Assembly (NCBI GenBank): GCA_041687695.1
Contig: JAWLBL010000020.1
Location: 32,001 to 96,000 of the forward strand
DNA: 64,000 nt
Reading direction: 5' to 3'
Source of the DNA: Myxococcota bacterium
GTDB lineage: Bacteria; Myxococcota_A; UBA9042; PHBI01; JAWLBL01
Numbering within the stretch: the stretch's first letter is position 1; the number at the start of each line of letters is the position of its first letter. The notes below the pieces were generated by a model, which was not told the DNA's origin, ran no database searches, and saw only the letters and a list, made by a program, of their open reading frames with translations. Both the position numbers and the translations under genes were made by a program. This document shows, piece by piece, positions 34,374 through 44,500 of the stretch.

Positions 34374-36503
34374 CTAGAGGGTCAGCAGGTACGCCACCAG
34401 GGCGTCGCGCTCGTCGTCCGTCAGGTGAATCGTCTTGCCCATGGTGGTCGCCGTCTGCTCGAGCACGTCGTGCAGGGTCTCGGCGGCGCCCGTGTGCAGG
34501 TAGGGGGCGGTGTAGTGCAGGCCGCGCAGGGTCGGCGTGTTCAGCAGGCCGGGGCTGGCCTCGACCTCTTCACCGCGCGCCTTGCGCTGCTTCCACAAGG
34601 CGATCTCGGCCGGCGTCGCCGTGCCCACGTCGTGGTTGCGTCCGTCGGTGAGCGCGACGCCCGAGTGGCACGTGCCGCAGCCGACGTCGGGGCGGTTGAA
34701 GATCTGACGCCCCCACTCCTCCTGCTCGTTGAGGCCTTCGGGGCGCTGGTACGGGTTCGGCGGCGCGTGCAGCCCGTGGAGCATGAACTGCTCGAGATCC
34801 TCGAGCTCCTTGTTGGTCAGGCCCTTGCCGCCCATGCGCTCGACGGTCTGGACCATGTTGCCCTGCAGCTCGGGCTTGGTGCCGTTCCAGTTGTAGGGCG
34901 CGGTGTCGGCCAGGCGTCCGGCCAGCGCCGGCGTCTGCCGAGGACCGTCGCCGATCATCCACACGATCTTGTCTTCGGTGCCCTCGAAGTGGCACGTCCC
35001 GCAGGCGAACGAGCCGGCGTGGCTCATGCGCTCGTTGCGCGCGTAGGTGAAGACGCGCGCGCCGCGCCGCACGGCGGGCGGCAGCGGGTCGACGCCGAAC
35101 GCCTTGGCGCGGGCCGCGGCGAGGTTGAGCGGCTTGGTGACCGGGCCGAACGTGTCGGACGCCGCGCCCATCGCAAAAGGCGTGTCCTGGCGCGGCGTGA
35201 CCTGCTCGGTCGGCTTCATGGCCATCAGCGGCGCCAGATCCAGCTCGCTGACCGTGTAGTCGTGGGCGTTGAGGACATAGGCGTGCAGGCCGTCGGCCGA
35301 GAACGCGATGGCCTTGGGCGCGTGTCCCACCTTGAACTCGGCGAGCGGCGCCACCATCGGGTCGGCGGCGGCCGTGTTGAGGACCAGCACGTTGTCGCTG
35401 CCGAAGCCGGTGACGAAGGCGAGGGTCCAGGTCGGGTGGTGGTTGATGTCGCTCGGCTGCTCGACCCGGTGGGTCATGGGCTCGCCCGAGGCGGGGTCCT
35501 TGACGGGCAGGCTGCCCGTCGCCGGGACGATGCTGCCGTCGCCGCCGAGCGCCGTCACGGCCAGCTCGACGGGGCGGCTCGGGACGGAGAACTCGTTGGC
35601 GGTCGTGGTGGAGGTCGAGCCGTAGCCGCCGCTGGAGGGCGCCGACGTCTCGGGCCGGTCCGCGGAGAGGGCGTCGTTCTCGTCGCCCGGGTTGGCGGTG
35701 ATGTGGGCGATGAGCGCGCCGCCGGTCTCGGGGTGGACGGTCGCCGCGATGGCGCGGGTGGCCCGCTTGGTGCCGTCGACGCCGGTGAAGGTCATGAGAT
35801 CCGAGGGGACGTTGCGTCGCAGGGTCCGGGCGCCGCTGACGTCGGTGATGAGCCCGCTGGTGGCGAGATCGAAGGTCAGGGCGTCGTCGGATTGGTGGGC
35901 GACGGTGATCCAGCCCTTGGGGCTGACCGCGATGGCGCGCGGCCGCTCGAGGGTCGTCTGCGACTGCACGGTCGCCAGGGTCGCCGGGTCGGCGACGACG
36001 ACGCGGTCCTCGCCCGAGAGGGTGACGAACAGCGTCTTGGCCTCGGCGTCGAGCGCCAGGCCGAAGGGCTCGGTGCCGACCTTCGCGCGGGCCGCGACCT
36101 GCTGGCTGCCCGGCGCCACGCGCACGAGCTCGCCGCCGAAGCGGACCGTGACCCAGGCGGTGCCGTCGGGGCCGACGACGACCTGCTCGGGGCGCTCGCC
36201 GACGGGGATGACGCGCGTGACCTCGAGCGCGTGGCGGTCGAGCACCACGAGGTCACCGTTTTCGGTGTCGACGACGAAGAGCTCGTCGCCGTGGACGGCG
36301 ATGGAGCGGCCGCTGGTCCAGGGCGCAGGGGCCGCCTGGGTCTGCAGCGCGCGGGCCATCAGCGGCATCGCGTGCGGGAACTCGAGGAACGTGTCCTGGT
36401 GGTGGTTCGGCTCCTTGCCGCAGCCGCCTGCGGCGAGCAGGAGCGCGGCGGCGCCGAGGAGTGGGGCGCGAAGACCCCGATGGAGCTTCAGGCGGTTCTT
36501 CAT
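34374..36503 (-). CDS. Lipoprotein with YncE/YVTN beta-propeller and C-terminal di-haem cytochrome c (peroxidase/MauG-like)
   Basis: Lipobox AGGC; VGERP/VGTEP/VGHAP repeats; two CGTCH motifs; RQTPAL, TAPYNWNG, TPTLRGL..TAPYLH.G. Confidence 0.88.
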   Translation of the reverse strand: MKNRLKLHRGLRAPLLGAAALLLAAGGCGKEPNHHQDTFLEFPHAMPLMARALQTQAAPAPWTSGRSIAVHGDELFVVDTENGDLVVLDRHALEVTRVIPVGERPEQVVVGPDGTAWVTVRFGGELVRVAPGSQQVAARAKVGTEPFGLALDAEAKTLFVTLSGEDRVVVADPATLATVQSQTTLERPRAIAVSPKGWITVAHQSDDALTFDLATSGLITDVSGARTLRRNVPSDLMTFTGVDGTKRATRAIAATVHPETGGALIAHITANPGDENDALSADRPETSAPSSGGYGSTSTTTANEFSVPSRPVELAVTALGGDGSIVPATGSLPVKDPASGEPMTHRVEQPSDINHHPTWTLAFVTGFGSDNVLVLNTAAADPMVAPLAEFKVGHAPKAIAFSADGLHAYVLNAHDYTVSELDLAPLMAMKPTEQVTPRQDTPFAMGAASDTFGPVTKPLNLAAARAKAFGVDPLPPAVRRGARVFTYARNERMSHAGSFACGTCHFEGTEDKIVWMIGDGPRQTPALAGRLADTAPYNWNGTKPELQGNMVQTVERMGGKGLTNKELEDLEQFMLHGLHAPPNPYQRPEGLNEQEEWGRQIFNRPDVGCGTCHSGVALTDGRNHDVGTATPAEIALWKQRKARGEEVEASPGLLNTPTLRGLHYTAPYLHTGAAETLHDVLEQTATTMGKTIHLTDDERDALVAYLLTL

Positions 36504-36639
36504 GGACTTCCTCCCCGGATGCGTTGGACGCGGAGCGGGTGGTCGCTGGGCTGGCAGACTGAGAGTTGCGGCTGACTATAGCGGTGGCGGTCACCTCGGC
36601 ACAACGTGCCGGCGATCACCGCGTGACACCCGTCAGATA

Positions 36640-36656
36640 AGCAATCCGTGTGCCAG
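36640..36656 (-). promoter_or_regulatory. sigma54 (-24/-12) promoter
   Basis: CTGGCACACGGATTGCT, near-consensus, ~140 nt upstream of the cytochrome gene. Confidence 0.8.
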
Positions 36657-36870
36657 TCGATGGTGGTTCGGAGGGGGCTTGGAGCGAGTGGGGGGAGCGG
36701 CCCGAAACCGGGCAGCCGAACCGAGCATAGACCACCCACGAACCCATTCCCAAGCCGGAGGCCGTGATGACGCCGGTGTGGAGTTACGCCGCACCTGCAA
36801 AGGCGCTAGACGGCGTGTGTACAGCGGGTGTACGGCGCGGCGTGACCGCGCTGCGGCGCCGGCGAACGCC

Positions 36871-37368
36871 TCAGTCCAGGTCGATGCGGCAGATGCCCGA
36901 CTGCCCGGCGCTCTCCTCGACGTGGACCTCGATGGCCCGGACGACGGCCGTCGGGATGCGGGACGGCAGGGCCTCGATGATCCGGTGCGCGAGAAACCGC
37001 GCGAGCATCTCGGTCGAGGTGTTGGGGACCGGCAGGACGCGCACGTCGCGCCGCGGGAAGCAGAAGTAGCTGCCGTCCCGGTGGCGCACCTCGACGCGAT
37101 CGTCGTGCTCGGTCAGCGTCAGGTGCGGGTTGTCGCGTGGCAGAATCGTCACGTGATCCAGGTCGTCGCACAGCCGCTTGACGAGCGGCTTGAAGGGGAT
37201 GAAGTCGATGACGAGGTCACCGCCGTCGAGGTCCCCTTCGACCTTCACCTGCACCTGGTAGTTGTGCCCGTGCAGCTCCTCGCGCGTGCCGTCCCCGAAG
37301 ATGAGGAAGTGCGCCGACGCGAAGTTGAAGTACTGCTTGTAGACGCGGATCGCGAAGGACTCGCGCAA
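36871..37368 (-). CDS. 6-pyruvoyl-tetrahydropterin synthase family, PTPS-III type (Glu motif)
   Basis: FASAHF...REELHGHNY: ExxHGH with no catalytic Cys; VIDF, LDH, NTSTEMLA. Confidence 0.85.
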   Translation of the reverse strand: MRESFAIRVYKQYFNFASAHFLIFGDGTREELHGHNYQVQVKVEGDLDGGDLVIDFIPFKPLVKRLCDDLDHVTILPRDNPHLTLTEHDDRVEVRHRDGSYFCFPRRDVRVLPVPNTSTEMLARFLAHRIIEALPSRIPTAVVRAIEVHVEESAGQSGICRIDLD

Positions 37369-37371
37369 GGG

Positions 37372-37767
37372 TCACCTCGAGGGGGCGTGGAGCTGATCGG
37401 CGCGGACGATCGCGCGCGCGGTGCACGTCTCCTGGACCGTCACACGCGTGAGCCAGGGCAGGCTGGGCGCGAGACGGCGCCAGATCCACACGGCCAGCAG
37501 CTCGCTGGTCGGGTTGTCGAGCCCCTCGACCTCGTTGAGGTAGTTGTGGTCGAGCACGTCGTGCAGCGGCTGCCACGCCTTCTTGATGTCGGCGTAGTCC
37601 ATGACCCAGCCCGTCGACTCGCCGATGGGGCCGGTCACCTCGACCTCGACCTGGAAGCTGTGCCCGTGCAAGCGGGCGCACTTGTGACCGGGGGCGACGT
37701 TGGGCAGCCGGTGGGCAGCCTCGAACTGGAAGGTGCGGACGAGAGAGGCCTGCATGGGGCTGCGCAT
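37372..37767 (-). CDS. queD: 6-carboxy-5,6,7,8-tetrahydropterin synthase QueD
   Basis: FEAAHRLP, KCARLHGHSF (CxxxHGH), LDHNYLN, NPTSE; start may be ATG at 37755. Confidence 0.92.
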   Translation of the reverse strand: MRSPMQASLVRTFQFEAAHRLPNVAPGHKCARLHGHSFQVEVEVTGPIGESTGWVMDYADIKKAWQPLHDVLDHNYLNEVEGLDNPTSELLAVWIWRRLAPSLPWLTRVTVQETCTARAIVRADQLHAPSR

Positions 37768-37807
37768 GTAGCAGACGAGGGCCCCGCGGGCAAGGCGCGG
37801 ACGCGGC

Positions 37808-39007
37808 TCAGGCGCCGAAATACCTCAGGTATTCGGCGAACGACCCCGAGCGGCCCTTCTCGTCGATCTTCGAGAAGCGGACGATGACCGTGTACCCGTC
37901 GCGGCCCTGGCGCTCGCGGACGCGGGTCACGGTCCCGTGCATCACGACCTTGGGTGACTTGAAGGTCGGAAAGGCCGGAGTGATGACGACGCGCTCGTAA
38001 TTGAGCGGCAGGTTCCCCGACGCGGCGACGGCGATCATGGTGCCGCTGATGCGCTCGACCCGTCCGGGCGCCTCCTGGTCCTTCCACGCGACGAGGACGT
38101 CGGCGGGCGTCTCCTCGTCGACGTACATGTCGTCCTTGTCGAAGTACGAGTCGTCGCCACCGAAGGCCGGCGAGAAGGACGACTCGTCGTCGAACCCGGC
38201 CTCGCTCGTCTCCTCGGCCTCGTCCTTGCCGAAGCCGAAGATCCCCAGGAGGCCGCCGAAGCCGCGGCGCTTGGGGCGGGTGCCAGGTCGCGCCGGCGTG
38301 GGATCGGACGGGCGCGCGGTGACGTTCGAGTCCGAGGCCGTGGCGGAGGGCGGCGCGGCGGCGGTCGGGGCGGGCGCCGGCACCGACGCGGTAGGACGCG
38401 CGCGGGTGTAGTAGTCGAGGCCGGAGACCTCGCGACCCGCGGCCGGCTGGCGCGTCGAGGAGCGCTCGCGGACGCCGAGCGGGTCGTTCGAGGTCGACGA
38501 GGCGGCCCGATCGAGCCGGGCGAGCTCCTTGTGGAGATCGACGGCGTGCAGCTCCTCGTCCTCGCGCTGCGTGCGGCCCCGCTGCGCCGCCTCGGCCTCG
38601 AAGCGGTACACCGAGGCGGGCCGGCCCTCGCGATCGGCGGTCTGCAGGCGCGGGACGAGGCCGGGGGAGACCTGGGCGAGGAAGTCCTTGAGCGGCTGCG
38701 GGTCGCCCGTCGTGTAGGCCTCGACGAACTGGACGGCGTAGCCGATCTCGGGGTTCTGCAGGGTCGGCCGGGGGATCGTCCAGACGACCTGGCTGGCCAC
38801 GCGCACGCCGAGATCGGTGTTGCCGCGCACGATCTCGCGCAGCACGATCTGCTGGCCGCGCTCGGGCACCCAGGAGGCCTTCAGGAAGGCGCCGGCCGGG
38901 CTGACGTTGGTGGCGACCGCCCGCTGCTCGTCTCCGGCGCCATCGAAGCGGAAGCGGATGGAGCGCGCGCGGCGGGTGAACTGACGATGGTCGGCGGACG
39001 AAGTCAC
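37808..39007 (-). CDS. Protein with N-terminal PilZ-like domain, disordered linker and C-terminal PilZ-like barrel
   Basis: RQFTR (RxxxR) and NVSPAG (NxSxxG), VVW, IGYAVQF; C-terminal RISGT...GTVTRV...IVRF. Confidence 0.65.
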   Translation of the reverse strand: MTSSADHRQFTRRARSIRFRFDGAGDEQRAVATNVSPAGAFLKASWVPERGQQIVLREIVRGNTDLGVRVASQVVWTIPRPTLQNPEIGYAVQFVEAYTTGDPQPLKDFLAQVSPGLVPRLQTADREGRPASVYRFEAEAAQRGRTQREDEELHAVDLHKELARLDRAASSTSNDPLGVRERSSTRQPAAGREVSGLDYYTRARPTASVPAPAPTAAAPPSATASDSNVTARPSDPTPARPGTRPKRRGFGGLLGIFGFGKDEAEETSEAGFDDESSFSPAFGGDDSYFDKDDMYVDEETPADVLVAWKDQEAPGRVERISGTMIAVAASGNLPLNYERVVITPAFPTFKSPKVVMHGTVTRVRERQGRDGYTVIVRFSKIDEKGRSGSFAEYLRYFGA

Positions 39008-39220
39008 GACGGGGAGACTAGCGAAGTCGGGGGTGGCCTGTCACCCGGCGCGCGAGGGTCGTGCGCGATCGGCCGCGCCCGGTGGTTGCTTGGCGCTGGT
39101 CGCGCGCCCGTCGTGCTTGTTTGGTACGTTCGGCGCGATCGCGACTATAGTCGGCGGCGCAGCCGTGGAGGTCGCGGTCCGCGAGGGACGCGCGCGGTCG
39201 TCCCCGGCCGGATGGGAGCC

Positions 39221-40240
39221 ATGCACTTTCAGCGAGACGAGGGGTTCGACAACCTGGTCGGGCGCGCGACCGACGGCTACGTCGTCATGGAGAAGGTCGG
39301 CTCGGGCGCCTTCTCGAGCGTCTACAAGGCGATGGAGACGGCGGGCGAGAAGCGCCTGGTCGCGCTCAAGGTCATGCACGAGATCCAGCAGCGCATGACC
39401 GGCCCGGGGCAGGTCGAGCACCCGTTCGAGCGCGAGCTGCGCCTGTCGCGGGTGGTCAAGGACCCGGGGATCGCGCGCGTCTACAAGACCGGTCAGCTGC
39501 GCGACGGCCGCTACTACGCGGCGCTCGAATACGTCGACGCCATGACCCTCGAGGGCGAGATCGCGCACCGCCGCGTCATCCCGTGGGTCGAGGCCGTGGC
39601 CGTCATCACGGCGGCGGGGCGGTCGGTGGCCAGCTTGCACGCCGAGGGGATCATCCACCGCGATCTCAAGCCAGGCAACGTGATGGTGCGGCTCGGCAAG
39701 GACGGTCGCATCCACGTCAAGCTCATCGATCTCGGGACCGCGCGCCTCGCCCACGAGCGCGACTCCGCCGAAGACGGCGTGGCGCCGGGCGCCATCGGGT
39801 CGCCACAGTACATGGCGCCCGAGCAGGCGACGGGCGCCGGGACCTCGAAGAGCACCGACGTCTACGCCCTCGGGGCCATCCTGTACGAGATGGTCACGGG
39901 TCGGCCCGTGCTGGCGCTCAAGCGGCCCGTCGCCGACGTGTGCATCGCCTACCTCGAGTCCGATCGCCCGATCCCGTCCATCGCGCTCGAGCAGCTGGTG
40001 CCGGACGCGTTCCCGGCGGCGCTGCGCGGCGTCATCGAGGGCGCCCTCGCGCGCGATCCGGCGCAGCGCCCGCGCGACGCGGCGGCCTTCGTGGCGCAGG
40101 TCGAGGCGGCGGCGGCCGAGGCCCGGGAGCGCGGCGCGTCGGGTTCGGGGCTCGGCCGGCTCGGGGCGATGCTCAAGGGGCTGTTCGGGCGCAAGGACGC
40201 GGCGGCGAGCCGGCCGCGGGGCCGGTTCAACCAGCGATGA
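39221..40240 (+). CDS. Serine/threonine protein kinase (Hanks type)
   Basis: VGSGAFSSVY, VALK, HRDLKPGN, DLG, GSPQYMAPEQ, DVYALG. Confidence 0.95.
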   Translation: MHFQRDEGFDNLVGRATDGYVVMEKVGSGAFSSVYKAMETAGEKRLVALKVMHEIQQRMTGPGQVEHPFERELRLSRVVKDPGIARVYKTGQLRDGRYYAALEYVDAMTLEGEIAHRRVIPWVEAVAVITAAGRSVASLHAEGIIHRDLKPGNVMVRLGKDGRIHVKLIDLGTARLAHERDSAEDGVAPGAIGSPQYMAPEQATGAGTSKSTDVYALGAILYEMVTGRPVLALKRPVADVCIAYLESDRPIPSIALEQLVPDAFPAALRGVIEGALARDPAQRPRDAAAFVAQVEAAAAEARERGASGSGLGRLGAMLKGLFGRKDAAASRPRGRFNQR

Positions 40241-41556
40241 GGCGAGCGCGAGGCGGGATGGGACGAACGCGCCGGTGGGCGGTGACGGTCGCTTCGGTCC
40301 TCTCGGTGGCCGCGGCCGGGTTGGCGGGCTGCGGAGGCGAGGCGACCGGAACCCGTGACGGGCAGTACCTGGGCGACCGCGTGTCGTTTCGGCTGACCGG
40401 CGCGACGGCGCACGACTTTCGGCTCACCGGGATCGAGTGCCGCGTGCCGCACCCGGAGCACCCCGAGCTGGCCCTGTGCCTGGTGCGGGCTCCCGGGCTG
40501 CCGTCCGGGGCGCTGACGGTGAGCGGGGGCGCGTTCGGAGGGCAGCTGGGCGACGTCGCGATCGAGGGACGGCTGCTGGGCGACGGCGCCGAGGGCACCT
40601 GGCGCTTCGAGGCGACGTGCCCGAACGGGGACGCGTGCGAGGCCAGCGGCGCGTGGACCGCGGCGTTCAAACCCGAGGTGACCTTCGACGTCCCGCCCGA
40701 TCTGCCGCCCGACGTGGGGCCGCCGGACACCCTCGCGAGCGACCTGCCGGGTCCGGGCCCCGACGCCGGGCCGACGCAGCAGCAGGCCAAGGCCCTGCTG
40801 GACGACCTGCGGGCCGCGGTCGGGGTCGCGCCCGCGGCCTGGGACGACGGCGTCCACGCGGCGGCGCAGGCCCACGCCGAGTACTTCGTGACGCACGCCT
40901 CGGCCTATGCCCAGTCGGGGCTGAACCCGCACCAGCAGAACCAGGACTGGACCGAGGGGTTCACGGGCGTGTCCATGATGCAGCGTCTGCAGCACGCCGG
41001 CGTGACCGGCGTCGGCGCGGGCGGCGAGGTCATGGCCTTCACCGGCAGCGCGCAGGGCGCGATGGACGGCTGGATGGCCACGCTGTACCACCGAGAGCCG
41101 CTCATCCACCCCAGCATGGTGCGTTGGGGCTTCGGAGCCGCCGCCGAAGGGGCGGCCCGCGCCGAGGTCGCCGACCTGATCTTCGCCGCGGCCGCCAAGC
41201 CGGGACCGGCGCGCTGGCCGCTGCCGGACGCCGAGGACGTCGACCGCAGCTGGGACGGCCGCGAGTCGCCGCAGCCGCCGCTGCCGCCGGGCGCCTCGTA
41301 CCCGTCGGGGCCCATCGTGACCGTGACGTGGCCCAGCGGCACCAAGCTGGCCCTCGCCGAGGCGCGGCTGCTGGGGCCGGGGGACGTCGAGGTGCCCGTC
41401 CAGGTGCGCACGCCGGCCGACGACCAGCACCTGATGGACTCGTGGGCCCTGTACGCGCTGGACCCGCTCGCGGCCGGCACCCGGTACACGGTCGTGTTCG
41501 AGGGCACGGTCGGCGGGCAGGCCACGACCGAGTCCTGGAGCTTCACGACGCGCTGA
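40237..41556 (+). CDS. CAP (SCP/PR-1) domain lipoprotein with C-terminal Ig-like domain
   Basis: Lipobox LAGC; AAQAHAEY, GFTG..M.QR, GE, WMATLYHREPLI; PLAAGTRYTV, WSFTT. Confidence 0.8.
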   Translation: MRRARGGMGRTRRWAVTVASVLSVAAAGLAGCGGEATGTRDGQYLGDRVSFRLTGATAHDFRLTGIECRVPHPEHPELALCLVRAPGLPSGALTVSGGAFGGQLGDVAIEGRLLGDGAEGTWRFEATCPNGDACEASGAWTAAFKPEVTFDVPPDLPPDVGPPDTLASDLPGPGPDAGPTQQQAKALLDDLRAAVGVAPAAWDDGVHAAAQAHAEYFVTHASAYAQSGLNPHQQNQDWTEGFTGVSMMQRLQHAGVTGVGAGGEVMAFTGSAQGAMDGWMATLYHREPLIHPSMVRWGFGAAAEGAARAEVADLIFAAAAKPGPARWPLPDAEDVDRSWDGRESPQPPLPPGASYPSGPIVTVTWPSGTKLALAEARLLGPGDVEVPVQVRTPADDQHLMDSWALYALDPLAAGTRYTVVFEGTVGGQATTESWSFTTR

Positions 41557-41566
41557 CCACCGCGGG

Positions 41567-44500
41567 TCAGGCGGCGCGGTGGCCCAGCCGCTCGATGCGG
41601 GCGGTCAGGACGCAGGGGTCGAAGCCCGTCGCCAGGGTGACGGCGTCGGCCCGCGCCCGCAGCCCCGTCTCGTCGGCCGGATCGCGCCCCAGCAGGTACT
41701 CGGCCTGCGCGACCGCCGCGAGGAGCCGGAACAGGCGCGGGGCGGGCGGGGCGGCCTCGACCAGCTCGCGGCCGAGGGCGAGGTGGCTCAGCCGATCGGT
41801 GCGGGCGGCCTGGATGGCCAGCGGCGTCAGCTGGTTGGCCTGGATGCGGTGCCGGCCCTGCTCGACCGACCCGTAGATGTGGCCGAGGCAGGCGTGGGCG
41901 AGGCCGCGGACGGCGCGTGAGCCGGCGCGCTCGGCGGCGGCGAGGCCGGCGGCGGCGGCGTTGGCGGCCTCGGCGTGGCGGCCGAGCGCCAGGACGCTGA
42001 GCGCCTGGCCCAGCAGGGCCATCGCCTCGAGGCGCTGCACACCCAGGCGCGCGAAGATGCCCGAGGTCTCGCCGAAGACGGTCGCGGCCTGCGCGGGCTG
42101 ACCCTGCAGCCAGTCGAGCCACGCGCGCCCCTGGCGGGCGCGGTGCACGTACACCCAGTGATGCGCCGACCGGGCCCGCTCCTCGACGGAGTGGAGCAGG
42201 GCCCGCGTCTGCTCGAGCCGCCCCACGTTCAACAGGGGCCGCGCGATCTGCATGCGCGCCTTCAGGGCGCCCAGCGCGTCGTCGCTCTCGATGGCGATGC
42301 GCTCGGAGTCCTGCCCGAGGCTCAGGGCCAGCGCCTCGTCGCCCCGCTGCAGCGCGATCCGCGAGCTGTCGAGCAGCAAGGCCTGCCGCTCCTTGATGCC
42401 GCCGATGCGCCGCGCGAGCACCAGCCCTTCCTCGACCTCGCGCTCGGCCCGTTCGTACACGCCGCGCTCGGTCGCGACCCGGGCCGCCAGCACGTGACAC
42501 CGCAGCCGCAGGCGCAGGTCGCCGCGCCGCTCGGCCCAAGGGGCGACCTCGCCCAGCTCGCGCGCGGCGTCGTCGAGGCGCCCGCCGTGGTAGTAGGCGT
42601 CGGCCAGCTCGATGGCGGCCTCCATCGCCATCTCCTGCGACGGGGCGATGTAGCGCGCCCGTTCGAACTGAAAGGCCGCCTCGCCCACGTCCCCGCGCTG
42701 CCGCGCCCAGCTGCCCGCCTGCATGTGGTACGAGACCGCACGCGCCGGCTCGTCCGCGGTCGCGAAGTGCCAGGCGATGGCGCCGAGCCACTCGTTGAAG
42801 CGCTCGCCCGAGTTGACGGCCAGCCAGCGGGCCGTCCGGGCGTGCAGGGCGCGCGCCTCGGCGTCGGGGACGTCGGAGTAGGCGACATCGCGGGTGACGA
42901 CGTGGTTGAAGCGATAGCCGATGTGGCCGAGCAGGGTGCTGCCGAAGCTGCGCCGGATCAGGCCCTGCGCTTCGAGCTGCTCGAGGTTGAAGGCGGCTTG
43001 CGGCTCGCCGAGATCCTCGATGAGGCCGCGCCAGAAGATGTCGCCGACCACGGAGGCCTTGCGCAGCACGGCGACGAGGCCCTCGGGCATCTGGTCGAGG
43101 CGGGCAGCGACGAGCCCCTCGAGGGTGGCGGGCAGGCCCGAGGGCAGTGAACCCGCGTGCAGCGACCACGCGCCGGTCGTGGGATCGGCCGCGAGCAGCC
43201 CGGCGTCGGTGAGCGCGCCCAGGGTCTCCTCGATGAACAGGGGCATGCCGTTCGCGTGGTCCACGATCGCGTCGGCGACCTCGCGCGGCAGCGCGTCGCG
43301 CAGGCCCAGCACCTGATCGACCAGCACACGGCCCGCCTCGTGCGACAGCGGGCCCAACGCGACCGTGAGATCCCGATCCGCGAGCGGCAACCACTCGCCG
43401 CGCTCGTCGAGCGCATCGGACGCCGTGAGGAGGAGCATCACGGGCAGCTCGGCCAGGTCGGCCGCCAGGCGCGCGACGGCCGCGAGGTGGGGCGGGATGG
43501 CGGCCCCGGCGTCCTCGAGCACGAGCAGCAGCGGCGCGCCCTGGGCCGCGGTGCGCAGCAGCTCGATGACCGAGCGGTAGCTGATCTCGCCCGCGAGCTC
43601 GGGGTCGCCGCCGGCGACCACCGGCGCGTCGCCGAGCCCCGTCAGGTGGAAGAGCCACTGCTCCTCCATCGCGTCGAGGGGGCGCTGTCCGGTGCCGTGG
43701 ATCGAGGCGATGAGCTCGCGCAGCCGGGCGCGCGCGTCCTGCAGGCTCGCCGCCGCGTCCAGGCGCGCCTGGCTGGCCACGATGCGCCCGACGATGCCGA
43801 AGGCGGCCGCGACGCCGTCGCGGGCGGGGACCTCGACCTCGACGACGCGAAGTTGGCCCCAGGAGCCGCGCAGCTGCTGGATGAGCTCCTGCACGAGGCG
43901 CGAGCGCCCCGACCCCGGCGGCCCGAGCAGGGTCGCGCGGTGCAGCGAGCGCGTCTCGATGGCTTGCTCGAGGTGGCGCCGCAGCGTCGCGATCTCCTGG
44001 TCGCGGCCGACCAGCGGGCGGAGCATGCGCGAGGTCATCAGCCGGCTGGCGGGGCGCGGTCGAGCGCCGTGCATCTCGAGGCTGTAGGCGGGCAGGCGCG
44101 CGGTGCGCGACCCGAAGACGATCGGCTCGATGGGCACGAGCGTGAAGCGATCGCCGACCGCGCGGCGCGTCGTCTCGTCCACCAGGATGGCGTCGTGGCG
44201 GGCGGCTTCGGCCAGGCGGGCCGCCGCCAGCAGCGGGACGCCGCGCACGACCAGCCCGTCGTCGCCGTCGCCGACCTGGATGAGGGCCTTGTCGCTGTCG
44301 ATGCCCATCTTGATGTGCAGCGACGCGCCGGTGGCGCGCAGGGCCTCGGCGCAGGCCTCGCGCATCACCTCGCGCGCCTGGACGGCCGCGCGCAGGGCCT
44401 GCTCGGCGGTGTCGGCCGACGCCACGCGCGCCCCGAAGACCGCGTTCATCTCGTCACGGTCCTTGCCTTCGACGAGCACGGCGCCGGCCGACCCGAACAG

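Noticed and set aside
36871..37767. 7-deazaguanine DNA-modification (dpd) defence island
   Set aside because: No dpdA/tgt-like, queC, queE or folE genes nearby; tRNA queuosine and folate roles suffice
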